NCBI RefSeq assembly: GCF_036321535.1
Contig: NC_087437.1
Location: forward strand, 31,622,001-31,686,000
Direction: 5' to 3'
Source: Camelus dromedarius
Lineage: Eukaryota
DNA length: 64,000 bases
Shown here: positions 1 to 13,269 of the stretch, piece by piece
Position numbering within the stretch: the stretch's first letter is position 1
Layout: each line of letters opens with the position of its first letter
Notes under the pieces: generated by a model
Database searches by the model: none
Seen by the model: only the letters and a program-made list of their open reading frames with translations
Told to the model about the DNA's origin: nothing
Program-made: the position numbers and the translations under genes

Positions 1-62
1 TCTCTAACTGTGAAACAAATAATTAGTAGTAGATCACTGCAGAAATTATAGTTTGTAACTTA

Positions 63-120
63 TTATGATGCAGGAATTTTTTGTTTGCTTGTTTGATTGT
101 TTTTATGATGCAGGAATTTT
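63..120. repeat. 18-bp direct repeat flanking a (TTTG)-like tract
   Basis: ttatgatgcaggaatttt at 63-80 and 103-120. Confidence 0.93.
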
Positions 121-164
121 AAGTGTCTCTCTGCAAGGGTATATTTCAACTGCACCTTAATTCT

Positions 165-250
165 TATCACTTGTCACACACCAGGCACTGTGTTAAGCCC
201 TTTCATAGATAGCAGCTCATTTAATCTGGTTAACGATCTTTTTCACAGTT
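165..250 (-). mobile_element. MIR fragment
   Basis: ccaggcactgtgttaagccctttcatagatagcagctcatttaatc. Confidence 0.6.
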
Positions 251-3200
251 GATATGCTACTCTCTCTGTTAGTTCATATCTGTCTTCAGGCAAAAGCATT
301 TCCCCCATATTTAGTTTGGAGATGCATACATTGTTAACAGCATAATTTAAAAACATCCTTTTGAAACTGATTGACAAATTATGAATTAAAACCTCAAACG
401 TTAGCGTTCATTAATCAGTCAGGTTTTTTAGTAAATCTACAGTCAACTCTTAATTAACCACCAATCCGTAGTTTTTAATTAAAAATTGCAGTCAGCTCTC
501 AGATACACTTTTACCCTTTGTGCACGTTGCTTTGGGCTGCCTGATAGCATTAATCATGCCATTGATTTAACTTGATGCTTACTGCTACAGCATGTCCTTC
601 AGATTTATGTGAACTGCAATCTGGCAGGAACTGGAAGAGGGGTACATTACTAGAAAAGACCTTTTAAACCATTGCATTTCACCTTTTAAGTTAGGTGTAA
701 GAGAAAGTAAGCACAGAGAGAGCACAGCTGTGTTACGTTTACCTGAGAAATGGTGCTTAGATGTGTTTGAAGACATGGAGTGTCCTGTCTCTTTCCCTCA
801 CCTGAGTTCCTTTCATATACTATCCTGTTGTGGTAGAGATTAAAATAAACAAAACAAAACAGTCTGCAAGAAACAATGCCCATACTCAGATCCCTGTCAT
901 CTGTCACAAAGAAGATATATAATAAAATGAAAAAAAAAAAAACCTCTAAAAGACAGTGTATGAGTTACATGTCATAAGATAGTATCTTCTCTGAGAATGG
1001 AGAAGGTGGGGAGAGGAATCCTTGAATGTTAGGATGGTCAAGGAGGATCTTTATGCAGGAGATAGAACTGGAATTGGCTCTTGGAGGCCAAAGATTTCTA
1101 CAGACAGGTAGGAATAGGGCATCCTGGTCCAAAGGAACAAAATCTTACTGGTGAGAAAAAGCTGGCCAAGTTAGAGAATGTTTAACAATGCAAATGTTTT
1201 AAATACATGAAAGAGTATGTATTATTTTAACAAAGTTTTAATGAGAGTTGAATGTTTTTTATTCTTTTTAAGGTACTTTATAAGTAAATTATTTAAAAAT
1301 GTTAAAACCAAGCATTTCATACAGTTATATTCTCAAAGCTGGGATGGCAGGCAGCTGTCCATACAGTGCAGAAAGGTGGGGAGGCCAGGAGTAGCTCAGT
1401 TGCCTAAGGCCCTGGACAAGTAGCCCTTAGCCTGCTGAATGTTTAGAATGTAAAGTGCAGCTTTGCAGTTTTTCAGACCTAAGTTAAATACGTTTATAGA
1501 ACAAATATTTATCAAGTGTCTATAATGCATAAGGTACTGTTTTGGGTACTTGATTATAAAGCAGCATGTACGTGCATCCCACAACCTGTTAAAGCTTGGT
1601 GTAAGGATGTCAGTTATTTGTTTTCCATAACTTCTTACCTATATTTGATTCCTCTTTACTGTCCATAATGTAACTTGTTAAATTGCCTAGTGACCAGGCA
1701 TCTATCTATTTAGTCAGCTTACATACATCATTCTATACAGAATCATTTTAAATAGATATATAACTTATAATAGCAATAAGAATACTTCAGTTTAGAACCA
1801 TTTCACTATTAAGATAAAGAAAAAATCTTTGTTTTTCATAATGGCTTGGAAATTGTGCAACATTTCTTTATTGGATAAAAAAGGACATGAGGTGGGTGGA
1901 TCAGTACAGAGTGACAGGTCTTTCAAAGACTTTTTTTTCCCATGTTCTTCTGTTAGCTTTTTGTGTTAGTTTTTACGCTGGCTCTTCTTTCTAAAGAAGC
2001 CCCTGCTGTTTCCTTTTTTTCCTGTGTGTATGCAAGGAAGGTTAGTGTAGAAATCAGGGAAGGGAAGGTGAGGGGAGCCTTTCCTCTTTCTTTCTGTGCT
2101 TTTGCTATATAATACGGAAATGGGGTGGTTGATAAATTACATGAAAGATATGTGATAAAGGAAATGAAAATGGCTGTACTACACTGTACTATTAATAGCA
2201 AAATAGTAGCAGTAGAAAGAGTTACAAGAAAAAGTAAATGTAGGGAGATGGCCACCAAAGGGAAAATGTGGAGAAGAGTGCTGACAATACTAAGATCTAG
2301 TTAAAGAGTCTATTGCCCAATTAGAAAGCAAAGATTGTTAAATCATCTCCCTCTGGTCTCATCTTCTTAGGGAATCTTAGGGAAGGAAGAAGATAATCTT
2401 TTAACTCCCATTCCCAGATCTTTTTGCTTTTTATCACAATTTCTGACCGAGCATAAAACACATTTCAGACTTGCATCTCCCCAAGTGGTAGAAAATGTAA
2501 AACAGGCCCATGGGCTGGACAGCAAGACCATACTCGTCGCCTTTGTCTGCTGCTAGACTCTACAGTTTACTTCTGTAAGTTCTGAGACCATATCTCTGAA
2601 TCTGCTCTCTAGACTGAGCTGACTTGTACCTATCTCTGACCTCCGATAAGCGGCTGAAGCTAGAATTTTCATCCAGCATACTGAAAGCAGAATGTACTTG
2701 TAATGATAGTACAGTTCAGTTTAAAACTAAAACAATACTTATAGATCAGCAAAGTAATAATCCTGTATCTTTTCACCTGCTAAATGTCCACCCATTTTAG
2801 AGACATATGAACTCCTCTTTTGAGAAAAAGAGCAATGAATGATTTTCCTCTTGCTATTTTTGCTAGAGGACATACACAGAAGTCAGAACAACCTCAACAA
2901 ATCAGTGTTATTTTGCAAAAGTAAAATGGATCTCTTGTTTTTTTAAATGGTGACAAAATGAGCACTTGTAATAGGATTTTAGCTTCAGGAGATATTTATT
3001 ACCACAGGACACAAAGTAAAATAAAAAGACCAGAGTTGTTTATTTTACCAAACAGAAGTGGCAGTACAAGGGCTGGAGAGCACACTGTTCTTTCTGGGAT
3101 GACAATCCTTTTCCCTACCAGTAACAGCTCATTTTGTCCTGTTTCAGTAAAGTAATTTTAGTACTTTGGAACTTTGAAATTTATTCAGAATAACAGTTTT

Positions 3201-3784
3201 ATATTTCCAAGCACAGTTTGTCATTGCCAGAAAAAATAAACTTAATTTTCCAGGTCATTTTGGGCCACTGTGGCTAGGGTCAGATTTTGTGTTGAGTTAA
3301 AGTAGAGAAAAAAGAAAGAGAACATGGTCATAGAAACATTAGCACCAGCATCCTGGAAAAGTAGTGATATGTGTGTGGGTAGATGTGTTGTGTTTTTAAG
3401 TAATTGCAGTTTTAAAACCTAGTGACAAAAGAAATAGGAAGCTGTATAATTTTTGGAGAGACTATTCACTTAATATTGTGACCCAAGTTCATTAGGAAAA
3501 AAATCATTGTTTTTTTTTAATTACTGTGAATTTTGCAAACTCTGCATTTGTCAATTTGTAGTCCAAAAATTTTGCTGGCTGGCCAGAGAATGTCATGGAG
3601 TTTACTAAGGTGACGTTTTTCTGGAAAAATAGGGGGAAATATACTTTGGAAGCATATTTAGATAAACATAGGTGTGTCATGTATAATTTATGTATGAAAC
3701 CAACATTTCTTAACATTGCCCAATAAAAATTATGGGTTAATCTCTGGTATTTTAGTCCCAGATTTTTATATTTTATTATTTTAA

Positions 3785-4165
3785 AATCAAACATTTTATT
3801 TTGAGATCATTATAGACTCACATGCAGTTGTGAGAAATGATACCAAGAGAGCTCATGCACCCTTCCCCAGCATCCCCCAATGGTAACATCTGGTGAAGCT
3901 ATACTACAATATGACAACCAGGTTGTTGGCATTGATACAGTTAAGGGTTCTGCCACCACAAAGATTCCTCATGTTGCCCTTTTACATCCACATCCTCTTT
4001 CACACACCTCCACTACCCTACCCCCAGTTCATGACCCCTGGCAACTGTTGATCTGGTCTCCAGTAATCTTGTCATTTCAAGAATGTTATACTAGTGGAGT
4101 TATGCACTATGTAATCTTTGAGATTCGTTTTTTTTTTCATTCAGTGTAACTCTCTGGAGTTTTAT
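3785..4165 (-). mobile_element. Old L1 (L1MC-like) 3' end
   Basis: Characteristic 3' end sequence ttttattttgagatcattatagactcacatgcagttgtgagaaat...cccaatggtaacatc. Confidence 0.75.
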
Positions 4166-4169
4166 TCAT

Positions 4170-6300
4170 TGTCTTTTTGATATTGCATTATATGAGCTAT
4201 TTATCTTTTGATTATTAACGCCCTTATCAGTTATACAATTTGGAAATATTTTCTCCCACTCAGTAGGTTGTCTTTTTGTTTTGTCAAAGGTTTCCTTTGC
4301 TATACAAAAGCTTTGATTAGGTCACATTTATTTACTTTTGCTTTTGTTTCCTTTGCTTGAGGGGACAGATCCAAAAAAATACTGCTATGACTTATGTCAA
4401 AGAGTGTTTCTCCTATGTTTTCTTCTAGGAGTTTTATGGTTTACAGTATTAAATTTAGGTCTTTAATCCATTTTGAGTTTATTTTTGTATGTGGTGTTAG
4501 AAAATGTTCTAGTTTCATTCTTTTATATATAGCTGTCCAGTTTCCCCTGCACCACATATTGAAGAGACTGTCTTTTCTCCATTGTATATTCTTGTCTCCT
4601 TTGTCATAGATTAATTGACCATAAGTGCATGAGTTTATTTCTGGGCTCTATATTCTGTTCCATTGATCTATATATCTGTTTTTGTGTCAGCACCATATTG
4701 TTTTGATTACTGTAGCTTTGTGGTGTAATCTGAAGCCAGGGAGCATGGTACCTCCAGCTCAGTTCTTCTCTCTCAATATTACTCTGGATATTGGTGGTCT
4801 TTTGTATTTCCATACAAATTTTAAAATTATTTGTTCTAGTTCTGTGAAGAATGCCATTGGTATTTTGATAGGGACTGATTGAATCTGTAGATTGCCTTTG
4901 GTAGTATGGTCATTTAAACAATATTAGTATTTTCAATCTGTGAACATAGTATATATTTTCATCTGTTTGTTTCATCATCAATTTGTTTCATCAGCATTTT
5001 AAAGTTTTCTGAGTACAGGTCTTTTGCCATCTTAGGTAGGTTTATTCGTAGGTGTTTTATTCTTTTTGATGTGTTAGTAAATGGGACTGTTTCCTTAATT
5101 TCTCTTTCTGATAGTTTATTGTTAGTGTGTAGAAATGCAACAGATTTCTGTATGTTAAGTTTGTATCCTGCAAATTTATTGAAGAGCCCTAGTGGTTTTT
5201 TGGTGTCATCTTTAGGATTTTCTATATATAGTATCATGTCATCTGCGAACAGTGACAATTTTACTTCTTCCTTTCCAATTTGGATTCTTTTTATTTCTTT
5301 TTCTTGTCTAATTGCTATGACAAGAAAAAGATGCCCACTCTCACCGCTTCCAATACTATGTTGAATAAAAGTGGTGAGAGTGGGCATCTTTTTCTTGTTC
5401 CTGATCTTAGAGGAAATGTTTTCAGCTTTTTACCATTGAGTATGAGGTTAGCTGTGGGCTTGTCATATATGGCCTTTATTAGGTTGAAGTTTATTCCTTC
5501 TATACAACTTTGGTGAGAGTTTTTATCATAAACGGATGTTAAATTTTGTCAAAACCTTTTTCTGTATCTATTGAGATGATCATGTAGTTTTCATTCTTTA
5601 GTGTGTTAATAAGAGTGTATCACATTGACTGATTTACAGATACTGAAAAATCCTTGCAACCCTGGAATAAATCCCACTTGATCATGGTGCTTGATCCTTT
5701 TAATGTATTGTTGAAATTAGCTTGTTAGTATTTTGTTGAGGATTTTTGTACCTATGTTGATCATTGATACTGGCCTATAATTTCTTTTTTTGAGTGTGAT
5801 CTTTATCTGGTTTTGGTATCAGGGTGATGCTGGCCTTGTAGAATGAGTTTGGAAGCATTCCTTCCTCTGCAATTTTTTGGAATAGTTTGAGGATGGATGT
5901 TAACTCTTCTCTACATGTTTGGTAGAATTAACCTGTGGGACCATCTGGCCCCGAACTTCTGTTTGTTGGGAGTTTTAAAATAAGTGATTCAATTTCATTA
6001 CTGGTAATTGATCTGTTCATATTTTCTATTTCTTCCTAGTTCATCTTGGAAAATTGTACATTTCTAATAATTTGTCCATTTCTTATAGGTTGTTTATTTT
6101 ATTGGTATATAGTTGTTTGTAGTAGTTCTCTTACGATTTTTTGTATTTCTGTGGTGTTGGTTGTAAGTTCTCTTTCGTTTCTGATTTCATTTATTTGGGC
6201 CCTCTCTTTTTCTTGATGAGTCTGGCTAAAGGTTTATCAACTTTGTTTATCTTTTCAAAGAACCAGCTCTTAGTTTAATTGATCTTTTCTGTTTTTTTTT
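4170..6300 (-). mobile_element. LINE-1 ORF2 fragment (degenerate), nested in the L1MC-like element
   Basis: Minus-strand ORF 4959-5387 contains [35 protein letters not shown]. Confidence 0.93.
5320..5398. repeat. 30-bp inverted repeat with a 19-nt spacer
   Basis: 5320-5349 acaagaaaaagatgcccactctcaccgctt versus 5369-5398 aagtggtgagagtgggcatctttttcttgt: 29 of 30 positions complementary. Confidence 0.95.
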
Positions 6301-6304
6301 TTTT

Positions 6305-7105
6305 TAATGTTGAATATCTTTTTATGGGTTTATTTGGTGCCTCTCCTCTTAGGTGAAATGTCTCTTCATGTCTTTTTGACCATTTTCTAATCGGATTTTT
6401 TTAAACTGTTGTTTTGAGAGTTCTTTGTATAATCTAGATACTAGTCCTTATCAGATACATGGCTTGCAAATATTTTTCCCTAGTCTGTAGCTTGTCATTT
6501 CATTTTCTTTACAGGGTCTTTTACAGAGCACAAGTTTTAAATTTTAATGAAATCCAAGTTATCAGTTTTTCCTTTTATGGATCATGCTTTTTGTATCAAG
6601 TGTAAGAACTGTTTGCTTAGTTTAGATCCTGAAGATTTTCTCCTAGGCTTCTTTCTTCTAAAATCATATTTTTATGTTTTACATTTAAGTCCATGATTCA
6701 TTGTAAGTTAATTTTTGTATAGTGTGTGAGTTTAGGTTGAGTTTTTTTTTTACCCTATGTATATCCAATTGAAAAGGCTATTTTTCTTTCACTGAGTTGC
6801 TTTTACGCCTCTGCCAAAAGTCAGTTTGGCATATTTATGTAGACCTATTTCTGGGTTCTCTGTTGTTATTCCATTGATCTATGTATCTATCCTTTGGCCA
6901 GTACTACATAGTGTTTATTACTATAGCAATACTATAGCAATTACTATAGCAATAATATAGCCTTCAAATCAGGTGAAATTTTCCTCCCACTTTATTCTTC
7001 TTTTTCAAGACTGTTTTAGCTCTTCTAGTTCCTTTGCCTTTTTATATAAATTTAAGAACAAACAAATCCTGTCTATATCTAAAAAAAAACCCCGTCTTGC
7101 TGAAA
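6305..7105 (-). mobile_element. Continuation of the old L1MC-like element (ORF2 C-terminal region)
   Basis: Antisense ORF2 sequence such as gatactagtccttatcagatacatggcttgcaaatatttttccc. Confidence 0.75.
6919..6952. repeat. Three tandem copies of the 11-mer tactatagcaa
   Basis: Copies at 6919-6929, 6930-6940 and 6942-6952. Confidence 0.9.
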
Positions 7106-8479
7106 ATGTGGGAATAGGGGTTTTCAGTAGATTCTTTTCACTGAATTGATTTTTAAATTGGTGGTGCAGCCAGTTGACTTAATTGATGAGGAAGGGTCTT
7201 GATGGCCTAATGAAATGGTTAGGTGGTCTGTGTGACTAGTGACTCAAAAGGTTCATTGTCCTGTCTCAAAAGCTTTTTCCTAATCTGAATGAAATTCACT
7301 AGCTAGACCCTGATTGTTTTGAGTAAAGGCATCTTTTTTAATATAAAACTTAGAAGGGTTAACATTTTATACTGCTGTCACTTTTACAGCAGTGGAATAG
7401 TTTCTCTGTTTCTTTCCTCCTTATATAAGTACAAAAAAGCATGGGATGGGTGGGGAAAGAAAGGAAGAACAATTTTTGGAGCAGAAAATGCCTCACTTGG
7501 GCAGCAGGAGGTCACTGAGTGCCTTTTCCACTTGAAGCACAGACAGGAACTTTGAAAAGGATCTGAAGTCTAATTTAACCTTTTAAAAAATATGCATCAC
7601 TTTTATATTAAATAACTATAATTTTAAAAGTACAAACACTGCACTTGAGAAGTTTATTTTATAATTTATTTTTAAATGGCTCTGCATTTGTTTAATATAC
7701 TACATTTGTTGATGCCTCCTCCAAAGTGCATCTTGTAAAAAGCAAAAGCATCCTACTAATGATAGCCTTTTTCTCAAGAATGACAGCATGTCATTATTTT
7801 ACTTACAAAACGAGATGATATAATGCCAAGTTATAAGAATGAAACACAAATTATATTTTACCAAAAAAGATAAATTTTACTTACTTCATTTGGGAACATA
7901 ATTATAGTTTTTCATATCTTCTCAAGTTTCACAGAAATGTCCTAAGTAATTAGCCCACACAGATACAAAGAATTTGAAAGTGTTACTACGTTTTCCTGTT
8001 GCAGTTTTACTTGCATAAAACTATTTACAATCTAATAGCATTGAAAACTTTTGTTCAATGTACTTGTTTAACATAGATCACTCAGTGATTCAGGTTGTAC
8101 TAAGTGAAGTCTAGAGAATACTCTTATGGACCTTTGTCTTGTTTCCTAGATCATAATGAATGTCATCTTTTGGTTTTCTTTGCTGAACTTCTAGAAGACC
8201 TGTTCTGTAAAATGTACGTTTCACTTATTTCAGCTTTCACCATCATGATTGCTGTGGTGGAGTAACATTCTAATAGCTTCTACAACTATGAAGTTTATAC
8301 TATTTGTGTTTCGTACATCAGGCTGCAAATAACTCCATCCAGCAAGAGTTTTCTTTAGAATAGGGATAAGGCACTTTCCCAGGAGCAGGGAAAGAACTCT
8401 GTTTAATAGGTAAAGGATGAAAATATCTTGGAGTAAGAATATAATTTTCAAATTGATGAGAAGGAATCAAAACTCACGA

Positions 8480-9130
8480 TGGGCAAAGGGATTGTAAGAA
8501 AATACTCATATGCTCTGAATTAGCTTAAGTCTCTTGACCTGGATGAATTACATTCCTGGGGACTGACAGTACCTTTCAATGGGATTGCAGAGCTGCTCTT
8601 GGTGATCTTTAAGAACATGTAGAGAGTAAGGGGATAACATACAAATGCCCTGCTATGTATAAAATGACTATAAATTGCAATCAGTGAGGTCAATTTCAAT
8701 CCCAGACAAGATTCTAAAATATAATATTAAAGGATGATTTGTGAGGATATATTAGAGAAAACAATAACCTGTGGACCAATTTTATGTTCATTTAAAGAAC
8801 CATGTAGGCCTTGCCGTTGCATTCTGTATAGAGTCACTAGATCCAGGAACTGTAGTTGACATAGAATATATGCACTTTATGAAGGCATTTGACAAAGTTT
8901 GTCATGATATTCCTGAAGATAGTAAGAATAAATATAGGCTGATTACAAAAATAATTGGATAGTTTTGTAACCAGCTGAAGAGTTGTATCTGGAATGTGCC
9001 GAGTAATGAATTCGTATCAATCAAGGAGATAGGGCCTGCTGTAGAGTTCTATCCTCAACTTTGTCATATTCAACGTTTTTTTCTTTTTCAATCAATTAAT
9101 TAGATGGATAAAGCAACTTACAAGGAACAA
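8480..9130 (+). mobile_element. CR1/L3 LINE reverse-transcriptase remnant
   Basis: ORF 8771-8962 contains VVDIEYMHFMKAFDKVCHDI, resembling the CR1 motif VDxxYLDFSKAFDKVSHDIL. Confidence 0.75.
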
Positions 9131-9198
9131 CTTTGTGGCAGACACAAAGCTTAGAATTTTCTGGGTACCAAAGTCACTAACTAAAGTTTGAGTCTAAA

Positions 9199-9204
<6 letters not shown>

Positions 9205-9235
<31 letters not shown>
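9205..9235. repeat. (AT)n microsatellite
   Basis: About 15 perfect units. Confidence 0.95.
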
Positions 9236-9240
<5 letters not shown>

Positions 9241-9729
9241 TAAAAATATATATTTACTTCTTTAAATTTACAGTTATATTTCTTATTCTGTACTTGCATA
9301 TGAAAAGCCAAATGTTCACATAATAGAATGAGGGGGTTATTGGTTGCAAGGAATAGGGAGCTTTAGGGAGAGAAAAGAGAATAGATGATGAAGATTGGTC
9401 ATGGATCCCAAAGGGCAAGTAAGGCAGCTAGGTCTCAACAGGGACTGAAGTGAGGAATTAGAAGGCCACTGGGTATAAGACAGTGACTGGTTCCATTTTT
9501 CTCTCTTGATTCTTCTGGGACTGAGGTCCAACCCTCATCTACCAATCAGCTATGCTAGGGTGGATGGGTAGCAGGTGTTTTAGTCACATTACCAACAGAG
9601 TAGCAAGGACTATGTAAGGTAGTTTCTCTAAAAAAGAGGACATAGATGGGAAGGAATGGATTGGCATATTCAGTATAATGAGTCATGGTTTTACACTGTG
9701 GTGTATTTTAAATAGGAGCTTTATTTAAT

Positions 9730-10000
9730 ATAAAAGCCAGTTATAGTATATAACAGCAACATATAATTGCTAAAAATACAAAAGACCATTGTGATCTAAG
9801 GTTGCGTTAGATGATACTACTAATGATATTATTGATGAAGTATTAGAATGAAGTTTGACTCCTCTCGTATACTGCTTTAGTGAGACCAATTTAAGTATTC
9901 AATTCTGGGCATAATACTTTGAAACAGATATAGAATACTGGAACATATTCAGAGAAAATTATCTAGAATGAAGAAGAAATTCAAAACCACGTCATATGGG
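9730..10000 (+). mobile_element. CR1/L3 3' ORF2 remnant, probably the same element as 8480-9130
   Basis: gctttagtgagacc...caattctgggc...ctggaacatattcagagaa...aaaaccacgtcatatg resembles the CR1 segment ALVRPHLEYCVQFWAP...LERVQRRATRM...SYEE. Confidence 0.65.
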
Positions 10001-10790
10001 AGGTATCACCTAACACTAGTCAGAATGGCCATCATCAAAAAGTTCACAAATGATAAATGCTGGAGAGGGTGTGGAAAAAGGGAACCCCCTACATTCTTGG
10101 TGGGAATGTAGTTTGGTGCAGCCATTAAGGAAAACAGTATGGAGATTCCTTAAAAAACTGAAAAGAGATTTACCTTATGATCTAGCAATCCCACTCGTGG
10201 ACATATATCCAGAGGGAACTCTAATTTGAAAAGATACATGCACCCCAATGTTCATAGCAGCAATATTTACAATAGCCAATCATGGAAGCAACCTAAATAT
10301 CCACTGACAGATGATTGGATAAAGAAGATGTATATACAATGGACTATTACTCAGCCATAAAAAATGAAATAATACCATTTGCAGCACTATGGATGGACCT
10401 AGAGATTATCATACCAAGTGAAATAAGTCAGACAGAGAAAGACAAATACCGTATCACTTTTATATGGATTCTAAAAAAATGACACAAATGAACTTATTTA
10501 CGAAATAGAAACAAGACTTACAGACGAGGAAAACAAATTTATGATTACCAAAAGGGAAAGTAGGGGGAGGAGTAAATTAGGAGTTCAGGATTAGCAGATA
10601 CAAACCTCTCTATATAAAATAGATAAACAACAAGGACCTACTATATAGCACAGGGAACTATAGTCAATATCTTGCAACCTATAATGAAAAAATATATGTA
10701 TATGTATGTATAACTGAACCACTATGCTGTATGTACACCAGAAACTAACACAACATTGTAAATAACTATACTTCAATAAAAAAAAGACAT
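10001..10790 (+). mobile_element. LINE-1 3' fragment (ORF2 C-terminus plus 3' UTR)
   Basis: aggtatcacctaacactagtcagaatggccatcatc (RYHLTxVRMAII), then 3' UTR and caataaaaaaaa at about 10775. Confidence 0.93.
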
Positions 10791-11084
10791 TTTTAAACAA
10801 AAAGTAAGCATTCCTCATATAATCCAAGGTTACTTTCATTTTAGTGCCCAGTATCAAATATTTAATGAAGCTGTCTTTTATCTTTGTGAATAGCAAGACA
10901 TGTAGAGGCTACTTGAGGAATATTTACATATTTGAGAGAGAAAAAAGAATTACCTCTCTCTTGACTTTGCTAAAATTCCATTTTTCATTTCCCCGATCTG
11001 GCCAAAGATATATGAAGATTATATTGAAGGAAGTTAGAGGATTTAGCTGACATACACATGGTAGATGAATATGATAGAAATGGT

Positions 11085-11215
11085 TACAGGCATAGATGCT
11101 GGTTTTAAATAGACTTGACTTTAATTCCAACTTCTCTACCTATCAGCTGGTTATTTAACTTCAACAATCTTCATTTCCTTATCTGTAAAATAGGTATAAC
11201 TATACCTACCTGAGG
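11085..11215 (+). mobile_element. MIR fragment
   Basis: Core ttcatttccttatctgtaaaataggtataactatacctacc. Confidence 0.7.
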
Positions 11216-11809
11216 GGAAAAGAACTATCTGATTAAGAGAATAGAGACTAGGTTCAAAGTACTTTTTCTATTTGTGGTTTTATGACAGAATGTTAAATTC
11301 TGTAAAAATCATAAAATGTTAAAACTGAACAAGAACTTATTGTTCATTTGATCCAAAGCCATAATTTTATAAGTGAAGAAAATGAGATCTGAATAAGCCA
11401 AGAGGCATCTCTGTGGTCACAGTGCAGTTGGCAGTGAAAGGTCAGTGATTTCTTCCTACTTCATGGAAAACTCATCTTAAAACAAGAATTATAAAGATGT
11501 TTCATCATTTTTAGTTTTATTTTATGGAAAAATATTTCAAAAGTAAATCTTTCGTAGAGATACCATGGAGAAGTAATTACTCCAAAAGACCTTTTTTTAA
11601 TTCCAAGATTTTGTGTCAGAGTCAATATCATGCCAGTTTTTAAAATTTTATCCAGATGTATGCAATGTTATAATTTTTACTCCATGACATAGCGCAGTAT
11701 ACATTTATTTTATTTGATTAGCATGGTTACAATGACATCTTCAGATGAACTTTATTTTTTAGAAATTTTGAAAGTATCATTTCAAGTAAATGTATGTTCT
11801 ACTTTCTAG

Positions 11810-12082
<273 letters not shown>

Positions 12083-13269
12083 TAAACTTTGAATGTTTTT
12101 CTAGAATTTCTCTATATCAAGTATAATTTACACCTTAATACATTTGAGTTTGTTTGTTACTTATTACTGGTTACTAAATATAATCCTTAAATATAGTTTG
12201 AACATTCCTTTGAGGTATATATTTACTATCTGAATAATTAGAAACCAGTTAATTCAGTAACTATAAATTGAGATGGATTGAGTTTTACTTTTCCCCAGAT
12301 ATGTATCTTAATTTTATCATTAAGATTATTGTCTTTCAAAAATCAGGTGAGTTTTGGTAGTTTTTGATATCTAACATTTGTTTTTAAATGGCCTTGAATA
12401 TTTAGATTTATAGAATAAGGTTTTCATGTTTTGAAAAGGATGCCGAAACATTAAAATTGGCACATGATTCCAAATCACTAAAACTGGAATAAAATTACAG
12501 ATTGGGTTCCTAATGCTGTTGAGTCTAATCAGCAATTTAGTCTGCCAAAAGACACCTTACTGAGCTTATTCAAACATTTCTACGGAAGGGTTTCTGCTGT
12601 TGTTTTACAACTTTTCTTTTTTCCTTTGAATGAATATTTCTCTATTTAAAATATCAACTGTTGATGTTAGTAAACCATGAACTAATGAATATAATGAAAA
12701 TCATGTCGTAAAGTAGAAACTTTCTTAAGTCTCTTAGGACTAAGTACGTCTATTAAATTTTATTACAAGTTTTAATAATTATATTAAATATCATTTGAGC
12801 TTGATATTTCTTACCCTTAACTAAGAAAATTTTGTTATATTTTCTTGAATTTCTATTCTGAATAATAAAGTATTTTATAGTATTTGATTGGAAAAATAAA
12901 AAGTTTAAAGTATTCAGTTTAAAATTTTAAATTTGGAGGGTTTTTGCCTATCAGATTCTTTTGTTTGGTGTTATTCACACTTCACTTTCTTTAATAATGC
13001 GTTGTATTATATAAGTAATATATAAATATATGAAATAAAAGAAGTATACAGAAGAAAAGGCAAGAAAGTCCTTTTTTATCCTTCTGATTGCTTTCTTACT
13101 GGAGATAAAACTACTTTTAATAGTTTGATATATATCTTTCTACATCCTTCATTAGGCCTTAAACTTTATTATAGATGTATTTTTAATAAATGCAGTGCAA
13201 CCTATATATATATATGAGCCATGTTGTTTTAAAGCTCTTTATCTTTTAACAGACTAGTTTTTAATGTAT

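Noticed and set aside
63..6952. Short direct repeats (63-120, 6919-6952) as a CRISPR-like array
   Set aside because: Mammalian DNA; only 2-3 copies and no repeat-spacer periodicity. TSD formation and slippage explain them.
10790..11010. 3' transduction behind the L1 at 10001-10790 (CR1-like sequence may resume near 11010)
   Set aside because: No second poly(A) tract and no convincing TSD.
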